Assembly: GCA_964364425.1 (NCBI GenBank)
Contig: CAYIMB010000003.1
Coordinates: forward strand, 1-57,307
Length of the DNA stretch: 57,307 nucleotides
Direction of reading: 5' to 3'
From: an uncultured Gammaproteobacteria bacterium
GTDB lineage: Bacteria > Patescibacteriota > Patescibacteriia > UBA9570 > JBBTWU01
The stretch's first letter is position 1; each line of letters opens with the position of its first letter. Positions 7,414-16,799 of this stretch are shown piece by piece. The notes below the pieces were generated by a model, which saw nothing but the letters and a program-made list of their open reading frames with translations, ran no database searches and had not been told where the DNA came from. A program made the translations under genes and the position numbers.

Positions 7414-9588
7414 CTAATCCGTAGGCGCAGCCGTTTTGTATTCACATTCCTTGTTGGAACACACCACTGTTCCTTTTGTTCCGTAGCCTAACAAAGATTG
7501 ACACCGCGGACATTTTTCACCCGTGGGTTTATTCCACATAGCAAAATCACACTTTGGATATTTGTTGCAAGCGTAAAAGTTTTTTCCGCGTTTGGAACGT
7601 TTTTCTGCCAGCTCACCTTCACTACATTTAGGACAGGGGATACCAGTCAGTTTATCTATTTTTTTAATACCTTTACATTCCGGATATTTAGTACAACCCA
7701 AGAATGTTCCAAACCGACCGCGCTTGACCGTCATGGGTGCGCCACACAAGTCGCATTTTTCATCCGTCACTGGATCTGGTGCAATATTTCCAGACTCATC
7801 CAACTGTTTAGTGTTGCGGCAGTCTGGAAACCCGGTGCAGGCCAAAAATTTTCCAAACCGTCCAAACTTAATGATCATGGGTTTGCCGCACTTTTCACAT
7901 ACTTCTGAAGTGGCCTCCTCATGTTTTTTCACTTCCTCCTGTTTTTGCATAAGATGTTGGTGGAACGGTTGATAAAATTGTTTGATGATTGGTTGCCATG
8001 GTTGTTGTCCTTCAGCCACGCGGTCTAAATCAGTTTCCATTTTAGCCGTGAAATCAAAGTCAACCACCTCAGGAAAGTGTTCCACCAACAAGTCATTCAC
8101 AATAAATCCAATCTCTTCTGGTTTGAGTTTTTTTTCTTCTTTCACTACATACCCACGGTCCACAATAGTAGAAATAGTTGGCGCGTAGGTAGAAGGACGA
8201 CCAATTCCTTTTTCTTCCAAAGCTTTAACTAAGGAAGCTTCAGTGTAGCGTGGTGGTGGCTCAGTAAAATGTTGTTCAGAGGTGATGGATTCTGTGACCA
8301 CCGCGTCACCAGCTTGCACGGCAGGGAGAGAATGTTCAGTCACGCGTTCTGGGTAGACATTCATCCAGCCTAAGAGTTTGACGCGGGACCCGTTCGCTCT
8401 GAAAATCGACTTACCTGCGTCTCCAATATCAATAGCAGTTTGTTCAATCACCGCATTTTCCATTTGTGAGGCTACGGCGCGTTTCCAAATGAGGTCGTAG
8501 AGTTTCCATTGACCGGGTTCTAAAGTCCCTTGCATGGATTCCGGAGTCTGGGCCGCTTCAGTTGGGCGCACGGCTTCATGCGCTTCTTGGGCTCCTTTTC
8601 TACCTTTGAACTGGCGAGGAGTGAACGCCTTGGCTCCAAATTTTTCTGTAATGTAGGCTCCAGCGTCCGTGCGGAATTTTTCCGCTAAGTTCACGGAGTC
8701 TGTACGCATATAGGTAATGTGTCCAACTTCATACAGCTGCTGAGCCAACACCATGGTTTGTTTAGATGAAAAACCCAAACGGTTGTTGGCTTCTTGTTGG
8801 AGTGTAGAGGTGGTGAAGGGAGCTGCGGCGGAACGTTGTTGTTCTTTAACGCGGATTTCTTTCACCGTCCATGCACCAGCCAGCATTTTTTCCACCATCT
8901 CTTTGGCTGGAGCTTCAGTGGTCACGCCAAGTTTTTCTAATTTCTTGTCTTCATATACGGCAAGCTGTGCTTCTAACTTTCCGTTGTCTTTGGTAGTGAA
9001 TACTCCCTCAATGGTCCAGTATTCTTGAGGTTTGAACGCTTGAATTTCCCGTTCGCGTTCAACTACAAAACGTACGGCAATAGATTGCACCCGTCCGGCA
9101 GATAATCCTTTATAAATTTTCTTCCATAAGAAAGGGGAGAGTTCATACCCCACCAAGCGGTCTAAAATACGGCGAGCTTGTTGAGCGTCTACTAAACGTA
9201 AGTCGATTGGCCGGGGATTTTCCAACGCGTGAGTAATGGCGTCTTTGGTAATTTCATGAAACACAATCCGCTGGACTGACTCCGGTTTCATGCCTAACAA
9301 TTCTGCCAAATGCCAGGAAATGGCTTCTCCTTCGCGGTCTTCATCTGTTGCAAACAAAACTGCGTCAGCAGTTTTGGCGATTGCCTTGAGTTCTTTTACT
9401 CTTTTCTTCGCTTTGAGCGGAACTAAGTACTGCGGAGCAAAGTCATGTTCAATATCAATCCCCATTTTGCTCTTGGGTAAATCACGCACATGACCAAACG
9501 AAGCTTCCACCACGTAGTCCTTGCCCAGAAAGCGCGAAATAGTTTTTGCTTTGGTTGGGCTTTCTACAATAACTAATTTTTTTGCCAT
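7414..9588 (-). CDS. topA: DNA topoisomerase I with C-terminal zinc ribbons
   Basis: IVESPTK, DREGE, SAGRVQ, ITYMRTDS, GIGRPSTY, CxxC repeats. Confidence 0.97.
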   Translation of the reverse strand: MAKKLVIVESPTKAKTISRFLGKDYVVEASFGHVRDLPKSKMGIDIEHDFAPQYLVPLKAKKRVKELKAIAKTADAVLFATDEDREGEAISWHLAELLGMKPESVQRIVFHEITKDAITHALENPRPIDLRLVDAQQARRILDRLVGYELSPFLWKKIYKGLSAGRVQSIAVRFVVEREREIQAFKPQEYWTIEGVFTTKDNGKLEAQLAVYEDKKLEKLGVTTEAPAKEMVEKMLAGAWTVKEIRVKEQQRSAAAPFTTSTLQQEANNRLGFSSKQTMVLAQQLYEVGHITYMRTDSVNLAEKFRTDAGAYITEKFGAKAFTPRQFKGRKGAQEAHEAVRPTEAAQTPESMQGTLEPGQWKLYDLIWKRAVASQMENAVIEQTAIDIGDAGKSIFRANGSRVKLLGWMNVYPERVTEHSLPAVQAGDAVVTESITSEQHFTEPPPRYTEASLVKALEEKGIGRPSTYAPTISTIVDRGYVVKEEKKLKPEEIGFIVNDLLVEHFPEVVDFDFTAKMETDLDRVAEGQQPWQPIIKQFYQPFHQHLMQKQEEVKKHEEATSEVCEKCGKPMIIKFGRFGKFLACTGFPDCRNTKQLDESGNIAPDPVTDEKCDLCGAPMTVKRGRFGTFLGCTKYPECKGIKKIDKLTGIPCPKCSEGELAEKRSKRGKNFYACNKYPKCDFAMWNKPTGEKCPRCQSLLGYGTKGTVVCSNKECEYKTAAPTD

Positions 9589-9621
9589 GGTCAGCGTTAT
9601 ACAACCTTCCCTCTCAGTCTG

Positions 9622-10494
9622 TCAACTTTTCTGAACTCGTGCAGTCCACTTTCCAGCCACGCGCCAGACTTGTCCTGCCAACTCTAAACTACTCAACTCA
9701 TGCAAAATCTGAGCCACAGATTTTCCACTTTTTTGGACCAACTCTTCTGTGCTTAACGCCTCCTGAAGAAGTAGTTCGATTATCCCGTGCCCCTCAGGAT
9801 TTTTTGCTAACGGTAGCGCTTGCTGTCCCGTGAGACCTAACCACTGGAGTGCGTCTTCTGGTTCACATAACACCTCAGCTCCTTGTTGCAAGAGTTGGTT
9901 TGTTCCGGCCCATGCTGCGTTGAGACTGGGACCGGGAAAAGCGGCGACTGATTTTCCTAATTGTAAGGCGTGGTCAACGGTAATTAACGCTCCTGAACCA
10001 ACCGGTGCTTGAATGACAATGAGATGGCTAACGAGGGCGGCAATAATTCGGTTGCGTGCGGGGTAGGTGTACTTGCCGGCCGGATAGGTAGGTGGGTATT
10101 CACTGAGGAGTAGACCACCATGGGCTGCAATTTGCTGGGCCAGTCCCAGGTGTTGTTGTGGAGTAATGGTGCGGTCAGCCAGTCCGCTGCCTAAGACAGC
10201 AACAGTATGGCCACCTGCTTTCAGTGCACCGTGATGTGCTTCGGCATCTATTCCCAAGGCCAGACCACTGACTACGGTGCAGCCTGCTTGGGCCAGTAGT
10301 TCGCCAACTCGCCGGCTTAACCGCCGTCCGGTAGGATCTGCCCGGCGGGTTCCCACTATGCCGACTAGCGGATGCTTGTCTTGCAGCAAATGAAACTGCC
10401 CGCGGAAAAATAATTCCTTAGGCGGATCTACTAAGTGCCACAAGTCTGCAGGGAAGAGGGGATCAGCCCGTCCAATGTGTGAAATGTCTGTCAT
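9622..10494 (-). CDS. dprA: DNA-processing protein DprA/Smf
   Basis: IVGTRR, VSGLALGID, RNRIIA, SGALIT; adjacent to topA. Confidence 0.93.
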   Translation of the reverse strand: MTDISHIGRADPLFPADLWHLVDPPKELFFRGQFHLLQDKHPLVGIVGTRRADPTGRRLSRRVGELLAQAGCTVVSGLALGIDAEAHHGALKAGGHTVAVLGSGLADRTITPQQHLGLAQQIAAHGGLLLSEYPPTYPAGKYTYPARNRIIAALVSHLIVIQAPVGSGALITVDHALQLGKSVAAFPGPSLNAAWAGTNQLLQQGAEVLCEPEDALQWLGLTGQQALPLAKNPEGHGIIELLLQEALSTEELVQKSGKSVAQILHELSSLELAGQVWRVAGKWTARVQKS

Positions 10495-10577
10495 AGTGAG
10501 TAGGCTAGCAGAGGGCTTTTTCGTGACAAGAGGGAATGGTATACTGCCTGTGGAGAACTAATTAGATAATCCAGATT

Positions 10578-10895
10578 ATGAATATTTCACTCATGAACCC
10601 AAACGTGTCTTTGTCTGAAATTCAGACCAAGCTACAAGCCCGTTTCCCAGAATACCAGTACAGTGTGAGTAAAAATGTATTTGGCGAATACTTGACCGTT
10701 AAAAAATCGACCTTAATAGGTGCTGCGGTACAAAAAAGAAAAGATAACACTTTACGAGTCTTTGGAAACATTCCCTCATTTTGGGCAAGAACGTTTTTTG
10801 GAGGTTTACTCCTCATTGCTTTCATTTACTCCAGTTTAAAAAAAGTTGAGAACGAAATTGGAGGATTTCTCCAGCAGACATACGGCAGACAATAA
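10578..10895 (+). CDS. Hypothetical protein with one TM helix
   Basis: Clean ORF, hydrophobic segment FFGGLLLIAFIY. Confidence 0.65.
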   Translation: MNISLMNPNVSLSEIQTKLQARFPEYQYSVSKNVFGEYLTVKKSTLIGAAVQKRKDNTLRVFGNIPSFWARTFFGGLLLIAFIYSSLKKVENEIGGFLQQTYGRQ

Positions 10896-10937
10896 AAAGA
10901 ATTGCTCCAGATAGGCGGTTTGCGCTATACTGTGTGC

Positions 10938-11195
10938 ATGCAAGTGAAACAAGGAGAGGTGCCTTCCGTAGGAGAAGGTAAAATCATTGGCGACGCAGCC
11001 GTGTATAACGACAATGGCAGGTTGCGCGCCATGTCCAAAGTGTGTACGCACTTGGGCTGTTCAGTCGCGTGGTCAGCTGAGGAAAAATCTTTCAACTGTC
11101 CATGTCACGGATCAAAATTTAATCCAGATGGTTCAGTCAAAAACGGCCCCGCAGAGGAGCCGTTAGAACCTATGGAAATTTCCATTGAATCTTAA
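10938..11195 (+). CDS. Rieske [2Fe-2S] ferredoxin
   Basis: CTHLGC and CPCHGS motifs. Confidence 0.9.
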   Translation: MQVKQGEVPSVGEGKIIGDAAVYNDNGRLRAMSKVCTHLGCSVAWSAEEKSFNCPCHGSKFNPDGSVKNGPAEEPLEPMEISIES

Positions 11196-11205
11196 CGCAC
11201 ATCTT

Positions 11206-11943
11206 ATGTCGTCTACATTTATTTTCCCTTTGCTCTTTTCCATGATCCCAGTTGCTGTTCTGGGAATTATCATTGCCTTGATTGTGTATACGGTGAAACG
11301 GAAGCAAGGCGTGAGTTCTGAAGTTTCATTCACCCCTCGGTTCATTTTGAAAATTTATCTGTACTTCATGATTTTGGCTTCCATCATTACTTTTGTGGGT
11401 GGGTTGTCATTCTTACTCAACGGATTTTTTGCCAACCAATTTGGCTCAGAATTTTCTTACCGGCCTGAATATGTAACTCCTGCTGTGCAAGTGGTGGATG
11501 CCAACGGCAACCCAAAAGCAGTTGAGCCGGTCTATGAAATTCCAGCTCACGGTGCTGAACGTGACATCATCCGAGGTTTGACCATGGTCATGTTTGGACT
11601 GCTCATTGGTGTGATTCATGTGTTGGTGACTCGCGCAGTTGAAACTAAAGAAGAACGCATGCATTCACCACTCTACCGCTTGTATGTGGTCATTGGACTG
11701 AGTGTGTTCACCATTGGCAGCTTGATTTCCATCCCAGTTGGTATTTACCGGGCCCTGTCTTATCAATTCATTGAACAACCAGCAACGCTTGATCCGTATC
11801 AACGCTTAGTTCCAGGTGAATCCATTGCCAGCGCTATTGCCTACCTCCCATTCTGGATTTATTTCATATGGGGCCTGTACAAACTGCAACAGATTCACAA
11901 AGCTGAGCAACCAAAAGCAGCTAAGGCCAAAGCCAAAAAGTAA
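11206..11943 (+). CDS. Multi-pass membrane protein (DUF5671-like)
   Basis: Five TM segments; repeated YLY-led helices. Confidence 0.55.
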   Translation: MSSTFIFPLLFSMIPVAVLGIIIALIVYTVKRKQGVSSEVSFTPRFILKIYLYFMILASIITFVGGLSFLLNGFFANQFGSEFSYRPEYVTPAVQVVDANGNPKAVEPVYEIPAHGAERDIIRGLTMVMFGLLIGVIHVLVTRAVETKEERMHSPLYRLYVVIGLSVFTIGSLISIPVGIYRALSYQFIEQPATLDPYQRLVPGESIASAIAYLPFWIYFIWGLYKLQQIHKAEQPKAAKAKAKK

Positions 11944-11992
11944 GTTCGATTTCCAGCTTGATTTAACTCAGTAATTGAGATAATCTAAACCT

Positions 11993-12376
11993 ATGTTGGA
12001 TTTAAACATAGGACAACTCAGACAGAAACTACAACGCTACCCATTGCAGCAAGCGTACTTATTTGGTTCGTACGCCAGAGGTACAGCCGGTCCTTTATCT
12101 GATGTTGACATTGCCTTGTTGTTTAAGTCTCGAGTTAATAAGGACAAAATCGAGTCAAAAATTTTTGCTGACATATCTCAATTGTTACATACAGATAACA
12201 TTGATATTATTGATATTGAAACAGCCTCACCTCTCTTGGCGCATCGCTCTGTTATTCAAGGAGTGCCCTTGTTGAATCATTCAAGACATGAAGAGGCTGT
12301 ATTGAAAACAAGCATCTTACATTCTTACGAAGACTCACGTTATTTACGTGAGCTTAAAGCGCGAGCTGCAGTATGA
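11993..12376 (+). CDS. mntA: MNT nucleotidyltransferase antitoxin (type VII TA)
   Basis: LFGSYARG...SDVD (GSX10DXD). Confidence 0.88.
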   Translation: MLDLNIGQLRQKLQRYPLQQAYLFGSYARGTAGPLSDVDIALLFKSRVNKDKIESKIFADISQLLHTDNIDIIDIETASPLLAHRSVIQGVPLLNHSRHEEAVLKTSILHSYEDSRYLRELKARAAV

Positions 12377-12825
12377 CACTTGATCACCAGTCTATTATTG
12401 AAAAGAAAGTGAAATTACAGCAGGCCATTCGAGTTTTGGAAGACTTAGGTGGTCGCACGTTAGAAAATTTACAGAAGGATGAGATTGAGATGGGTGCTGT
12501 GCTACATTACTTAGCTCTCGGGATAGAATCTATACTTGATATTGGATCACATATACTCACTGAGGATTTTGGAACCTCTCCTCAAACGTATGAAGAGGTC
12601 ATTCAATTGTTGGGACAAAAAAAAGTGATTTCAATGGAGTTGGCCAAACAGTCTTCCGGCATAGGAAAGTTTCGCAATAAAATGATCCATGAGTATTCTC
12701 ATATCAATTTTGAAAAAGTGTATGGGTATCTTCAGAAGACACCAAAAGAACTTAAACGATTTGACCAGGCTTTTAGTAGGTATTTGAAGAAAAGAAAAAA
12801 AAGCAAAGGAGTAAATTCTATTTAG
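12373..12825 (+). CDS. hepT: HEPN (DUF86) RNase toxin
   Basis: FRNKMIHEY = RX4HXY; ATGA overlap with the MNT gene. Confidence 0.88.
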   Translation: MTLDHQSIIEKKVKLQQAIRVLEDLGGRTLENLQKDEIEMGAVLHYLALGIESILDIGSHILTEDFGTSPQTYEEVIQLLGQKKVISMELAKQSSGIGKFRNKMIHEYSHINFEKVYGYLQKTPKELKRFDQAFSRYLKKRKKSKGVNSI

Positions 12826-12956
12826 CCCTTTTTTATTCAAAATATTATAAATTCCCACGTTCCCAAAGCTCTTGTGTGAGATGTAGCCATAAATACAGGA
12901 TAAAAGCCTAATCCTGCCTTTCCGGCTGCATCTAACCCATTCAAGGAGGTGTTGAG

Positions 12957-13406
12957 ATGACTACAGTGACTCTGTCCCCCGTGATCCTGGAGCCGCCTTC
13001 CACGGGCTTCGTACGTGACAAGCGTTCCGAAGGTTGGGACCTGCTGCAAGCGGGCTGCCAGGTCGAGGGCGAATCCGTCCTGGAGCTGGCCGGATTCCTG
13101 CTCCTGGGTGAGGAATACGTTAACGGCCGGGTCATGCGTTACCGCTCCCTGGAGATGGGTGGCCGCACGGGCCAGCATCACGCCGAGCGTATGCTCGTCC
13201 AGGTTGAGGCCATCCCCACGGAGTGGCGCGAGTTCTACCTGGCGTTCCCAGACACCCTTTGGCGGCGCCCCGGCCGCTGCCTCTTTGTCCCGTGCCTGCG
13301 CTGGCGCGACGGCAGGTGGGTGCTTAACTTCCGCTGCGTCGTCCGCGACGCCCGCTGGAACGACGACCATCGGGTCGTCCGCGTCTGCAAGCAGCCTGGG
13401 TCCTAG
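12957..13406 (+). CDS. Hypothetical protein, DGR-target/C-type-lectin-like C-terminus (GC-rich solo gene)
   Basis: AAGGAGGT RBS; C-terminus VPCLRW...WVLNF...W.DDHRVVRV. Confidence 0.65.
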   Translation: MTTVTLSPVILEPPSTGFVRDKRSEGWDLLQAGCQVEGESVLELAGFLLLGEEYVNGRVMRYRSLEMGGRTGQHHAERMLVQVEAIPTEWREFYLAFPDTLWRRPGRCLFVPCLRWRDGRWVLNFRCVVRDARWNDDHRVVRVCKQPGS

Positions 13407-13435
13407 GCGGCCACTTGGATCCGGTTCCGTGTCCC

Positions 13436-13506
13436 TGCACCTTCAACACCCCTGTTTCGGAGGAATCCCTCGCGGGATTCTACTGGACAGGGGGGGTGTT
13501 GTGTTT
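13436..13506 (+). terminator. TGCACCTTCAAC motif plus long hairpin and T-rich tail
   Basis: CAACACCCCTGT...GAATCCC-TCGC-GGGATTC...ACAGGGGGGGTGTTG-TGTTTT. Confidence 0.65.
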
Positions 13507-16500
13507 TAAGAGGTCTGTTGCAAATCGTTTAGCTGTTTTATCCAACGCATGAGAGTCTTGACCCAATCCTCACCTAAGTCCTCTTTATATACCCGCACCG
13601 TCCGTTCATCCACGCGTTCAAACGGTTGTTCAACAAATCCATACGCTATTGGATTCATGGTTTTGATGATAATTTTCTCACTCGGTAAACCATTATTCTT
13701 GTTAGGATAATTGGTATCTATAGATACAATCTGAGAGGATTGAATGAGTAAACGAATTTCAAACAGATCAAATAATTGTTTAAACTCATACGCTTTGGGT
13801 TCCCAGGTGTGCCTGGCTTTGCGTAACTCTTCTTCATCACGAATATTTGCAAATTGTTGATAGAGTAAAATTCGTTCACCTTCATCCGGCACCACATCTT
13901 CAGGGATGGTGGTGGACAGGGGAATATCAATCGGTACATCTCTAATGAGTGGCTGCATTTTCCCTTGCTTGAGTTCTGCCACAGCAGAGGAGAGGAGGCG
14001 AGAGTAGTAATTCAGACCAATGGTTTCTGCGTGTCCATGCTGATTTTTACCCAAAATAGAACCAACGCCGCGAATTTCCATATCACGCATAGCCAGTTCA
14101 AATCCCACACCAAGCTCTTGTGCTTCTTCTAAAGCCTTCAGACGCATCTTGGCTTCATCTGTCAGATCACGCGAATGGTAAAAGAAATATGCATAGGCTT
14201 GAGTTGTCCCACGACCAATCCGGCCACGCAGTTGATGCAGTTGAGCCAGACCAAAGTTGGTGGCTCGTTCCACAATTAAGGTGTTGGCCTGCGGAATATC
14301 AAGACCATTTTCTATAATAGTAGAACAGACTAGGATATCCACCTGTTGGGTATCAAAAGCATGCATGACGCCTGCCAGTTCACTTTCTGGAAGCTGTCCA
14401 TGACCCACGCCAATCCGAACCGCCGGAAACCATTGTTGTAATTCATGAGCTTTGGCTTGAATGGTGTCTACGTCATTGTGCAGGAAATACACTTGACCTT
14501 TGCGGGCAAGCTCACGGGTGATGGCTGACTTCACTAATTCAGAGTCGTACGGAGTCACAAAGGATTCAATTCCCAGACGTCCGGGTGGAGGAGTGGTGAT
14601 GGTGGAAATGCCTCGTACGCCACTGAGCGCCAAGTGCAAAGTGCGGGGGAGAGGTGTGGCACTGAGAGTCAGTACGTGTGCTTCAGAGCGGAGTTTACGC
14701 AAGACTTCTTTTTGCTTCACACCAAAGCGTTGTTCTTCATCTATGATGACTAAACCCAAGTTTTTGAATTTTACGTCTTTGGACAGAATCCGGTGTGTGC
14801 CAATGACAATATCCACATTTCCGGCGGCCAACCTCTTTACAGTGTCTTTTTGATCTGCGGCGGTACGGAAGCGGGAAAGAAGTCCTACGTTGAACCCGGT
14901 GTTGGCCAAACGACGCTCAAATGTATCAAAATGTTGCTGAACCAAAATGGTTGTTGGTGCTAGGACGGTCACCTGCATGCCTTGTGCCAACACACGCACT
15001 GCAGCCCGCAGAGCCACTTCTGTTTTTCCAAACCCCACGTCACCACATAACAAGCGGTCCATAGGTGTGTCCTTGGCTAAGTCTGCATACACCGCTTCAA
15101 GTCCAGTCTGTTGATCTTCCGTGAGTTCATACGGGAAACCAGCATTCACTTGTTCCTCAAGCTCTTGGTGTGGAGTGATGGGCCTGGCTTTGGCTAATTC
15201 CCGTTGGGCATAAATCTTGAGCAACTCCTGAGCTAGCTCAAGCGTGTGTTTTTGCACATGACGCACGGCCGTTTCCCAAGTGGCATCATGCAGTGAATGC
15301 ACTTTGGGGTGAGCTGAACCTACATATTTTTCTACGCGGTCGGCTGTTTCAGCCGGAACATACAACTTATCTTTGCCGGCGTATTCCAAAATTAAATAAT
15401 CCCGTTTCATCCCATTCACTTCCATCACTGTTGTTCCGCTAAACCGCGCCACACCGTGATACACATGCACCACATAATCTCTAGGAGTAATGGACAAGAC
15501 TAGGGGTGATCCAGCACCAGCTGTTTTTGAGATCGATTTTCTGGTGTTGGTATGTTTCTTCACCCACTCCGCACCAAACACATCCGCATCACCTATTAAA
15601 CAAAAATTTCGTTCCTGGTCAGTAAACCCTTCTAATTCCAAGGTAGTTTCCCGTACATCCAAGCTCACAGATTCGGCGAGCGGTTTGAGTTGTTTGTGTG
15701 TTGCGTCTGAAAACTGAGTGGCTACCCAACGCCGTTCAAATTGTTTGACCGTCCGAAAAAGTTCTTCTAATCCAACGCTGGAAGGTGGAAGTCGGCGTTG
15801 GTGAGTAGCCATCACCCCATCCATCACAAAATGAGACAAGGTCAGCACCGCCGCACGTTGCGTGGGAAGGGGAGTATCTTCTTCATGAATAATGAGTCGG
15901 TCTCGGACATTATCCAAGAGTGTATATGTTCCTTTTCCGGCCAAAGAGCATGGGTAGAAGGTCACCGCGCTAGTGACTGCCGCCGCATCTCCTGACTGAC
16001 TGATTCGTTCAATACTTCCAATCCGGTCATAGTCCCACTGAATGCGGAAATGATTGTTGAGTGATCCAAACACATCAACCACATCTCCAATCACAGAAAA
16101 GGTTCCTACTTGCTCTGCCTTTTTCCCCACCCGGTCATACCCAGCTAAGCTGAGTCGTTCGACCACATTACTTTGAGCCAGTTTAGTATCAACGGCTAAC
16201 TGGAAAGTCAGTTCACGCACGTCACGGGGCGAAACGGTGGAGGTATCTAAAGAGTCCGGGTAAGCCAGCAGTACATCTACCCCAAGCGCCGCACCAGGCG
16301 CCGCATTTGTCCATTCTTCTATATCTACCGAGGGTTGAAAAAACAGCAACGCTTGCCGCAACCAGTCGGCCTCCTTTTTACTCTTGGCCAAATACAAAAC
16401 CCGCCTGTATTTCAATACAGGGGGGAGGGTCTGGCTGAGAAAAAAGACGATTCCGGTCAGATGCGCGAACCCGCCAATCACCTTTTCTTGACCCACAGCC

Positions 16501-16538
16501 AGCTTTTCTATGGGCATTTCCGGTGTCACCGTAGCCAT
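13506..16538 (-). CDS. mfd: Transcription-repair coupling factor Mfd
   Basis: CarD-like VVHVYHGVARF, CGDVGFGKTEV, IIDEEQRFG, QLRGRIGRG, TRCF tail; probable start ATG 16538. Confidence 0.93.
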   Translation of the reverse strand: MATVTPEMPIEKLAVGQEKVIGGFAHLTGIVFFLSQTLPPVLKYRRVLYLAKSKKEADWLRQALLFFQPSVDIEEWTNAAPGAALGVDVLLAYPDSLDTSTVSPRDVRELTFQLAVDTKLAQSNVVERLSLAGYDRVGKKAEQVGTFSVIGDVVDVFGSLNNHFRIQWDYDRIGSIERISQSGDAAAVTSAVTFYPCSLAGKGTYTLLDNVRDRLIIHEEDTPLPTQRAAVLTLSHFVMDGVMATHQRRLPPSSVGLEELFRTVKQFERRWVATQFSDATHKQLKPLAESVSLDVRETTLELEGFTDQERNFCLIGDADVFGAEWVKKHTNTRKSISKTAGAGSPLVLSITPRDYVVHVYHGVARFSGTTVMEVNGMKRDYLILEYAGKDKLYVPAETADRVEKYVGSAHPKVHSLHDATWETAVRHVQKHTLELAQELLKIYAQRELAKARPITPHQELEEQVNAGFPYELTEDQQTGLEAVYADLAKDTPMDRLLCGDVGFGKTEVALRAAVRVLAQGMQVTVLAPTTILVQQHFDTFERRLANTGFNVGLLSRFRTAADQKDTVKRLAAGNVDIVIGTHRILSKDVKFKNLGLVIIDEEQRFGVKQKEVLRKLRSEAHVLTLSATPLPRTLHLALSGVRGISTITTPPPGRLGIESFVTPYDSELVKSAITRELARKGQVYFLHNDVDTIQAKAHELQQWFPAVRIGVGHGQLPESELAGVMHAFDTQQVDILVCSTIIENGLDIPQANTLIVERATNFGLAQLHQLRGRIGRGTTQAYAYFFYHSRDLTDEAKMRLKALEEAQELGVGFELAMRDMEIRGVGSILGKNQHGHAETIGLNYYSRLLSSAVAELKQGKMQPLIRDVPIDIPLSTTIPEDVVPDEGERILLYQQFANIRDEEELRKARHTWEPKAYEFKQLFDLFEIRLLIQSSQIVSIDTNYPNKNNGLPSEKIIIKTMNPIAYGFVEQPFERVDERTVRVYKEDLGEDWVKTLMRWIKQLNDLQQTS

Positions 16539-16611
16539 GAGTATCCTTATTTTAGTGCATTTTTCGCTGCTTGTAAATCGATTTTCATCCAATTTACCGT
16601 CCTAACGCTCA

Positions 16612-16735
16612 TTCCGTACGCACACATATTTTGCGACACTTGCACGTGCAGACTAAAAAACATTCAGATTACTTATACTTTACCCTGTGCGTACGCACAC
16701 AATCTGAGCCGAATACGTTTTGCGACACATGCCAT
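16612..16735. repeat. Palindrome cluster A (CGTACGCACACA..TTTTGCGACAC twice, TGCACGTGCA, TGTGCGTACGCACA)
   Basis: Motifs recur, inverted, at 24314-24413. Confidence 0.7.
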
Positions 16736-16765
16736 CGCACACCTCAAAACCTAACCAATTTGTCC

Positions 16766-16793
16766 TTGACAATAACTTCCTTTTTGCTACTAT
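16766..16793 (+). promoter_or_regulatory. Promoter of the candidate sRNA
   Basis: TTGACA-16 bp-TACTAT with extended -10 TG. Confidence 0.7.
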
Positions 16794-16799
16794 CTGGCG

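Noticed and set aside
13440-13505. Integron attC site (..CAAC...GTTG.. hairpin) explaining the GC-rich cassettes
   Set aside because: Only this hairpin has AAC/GTT ends and the other three lack them; the genes are dispersed, some have their own promoters, and no integrase is present.
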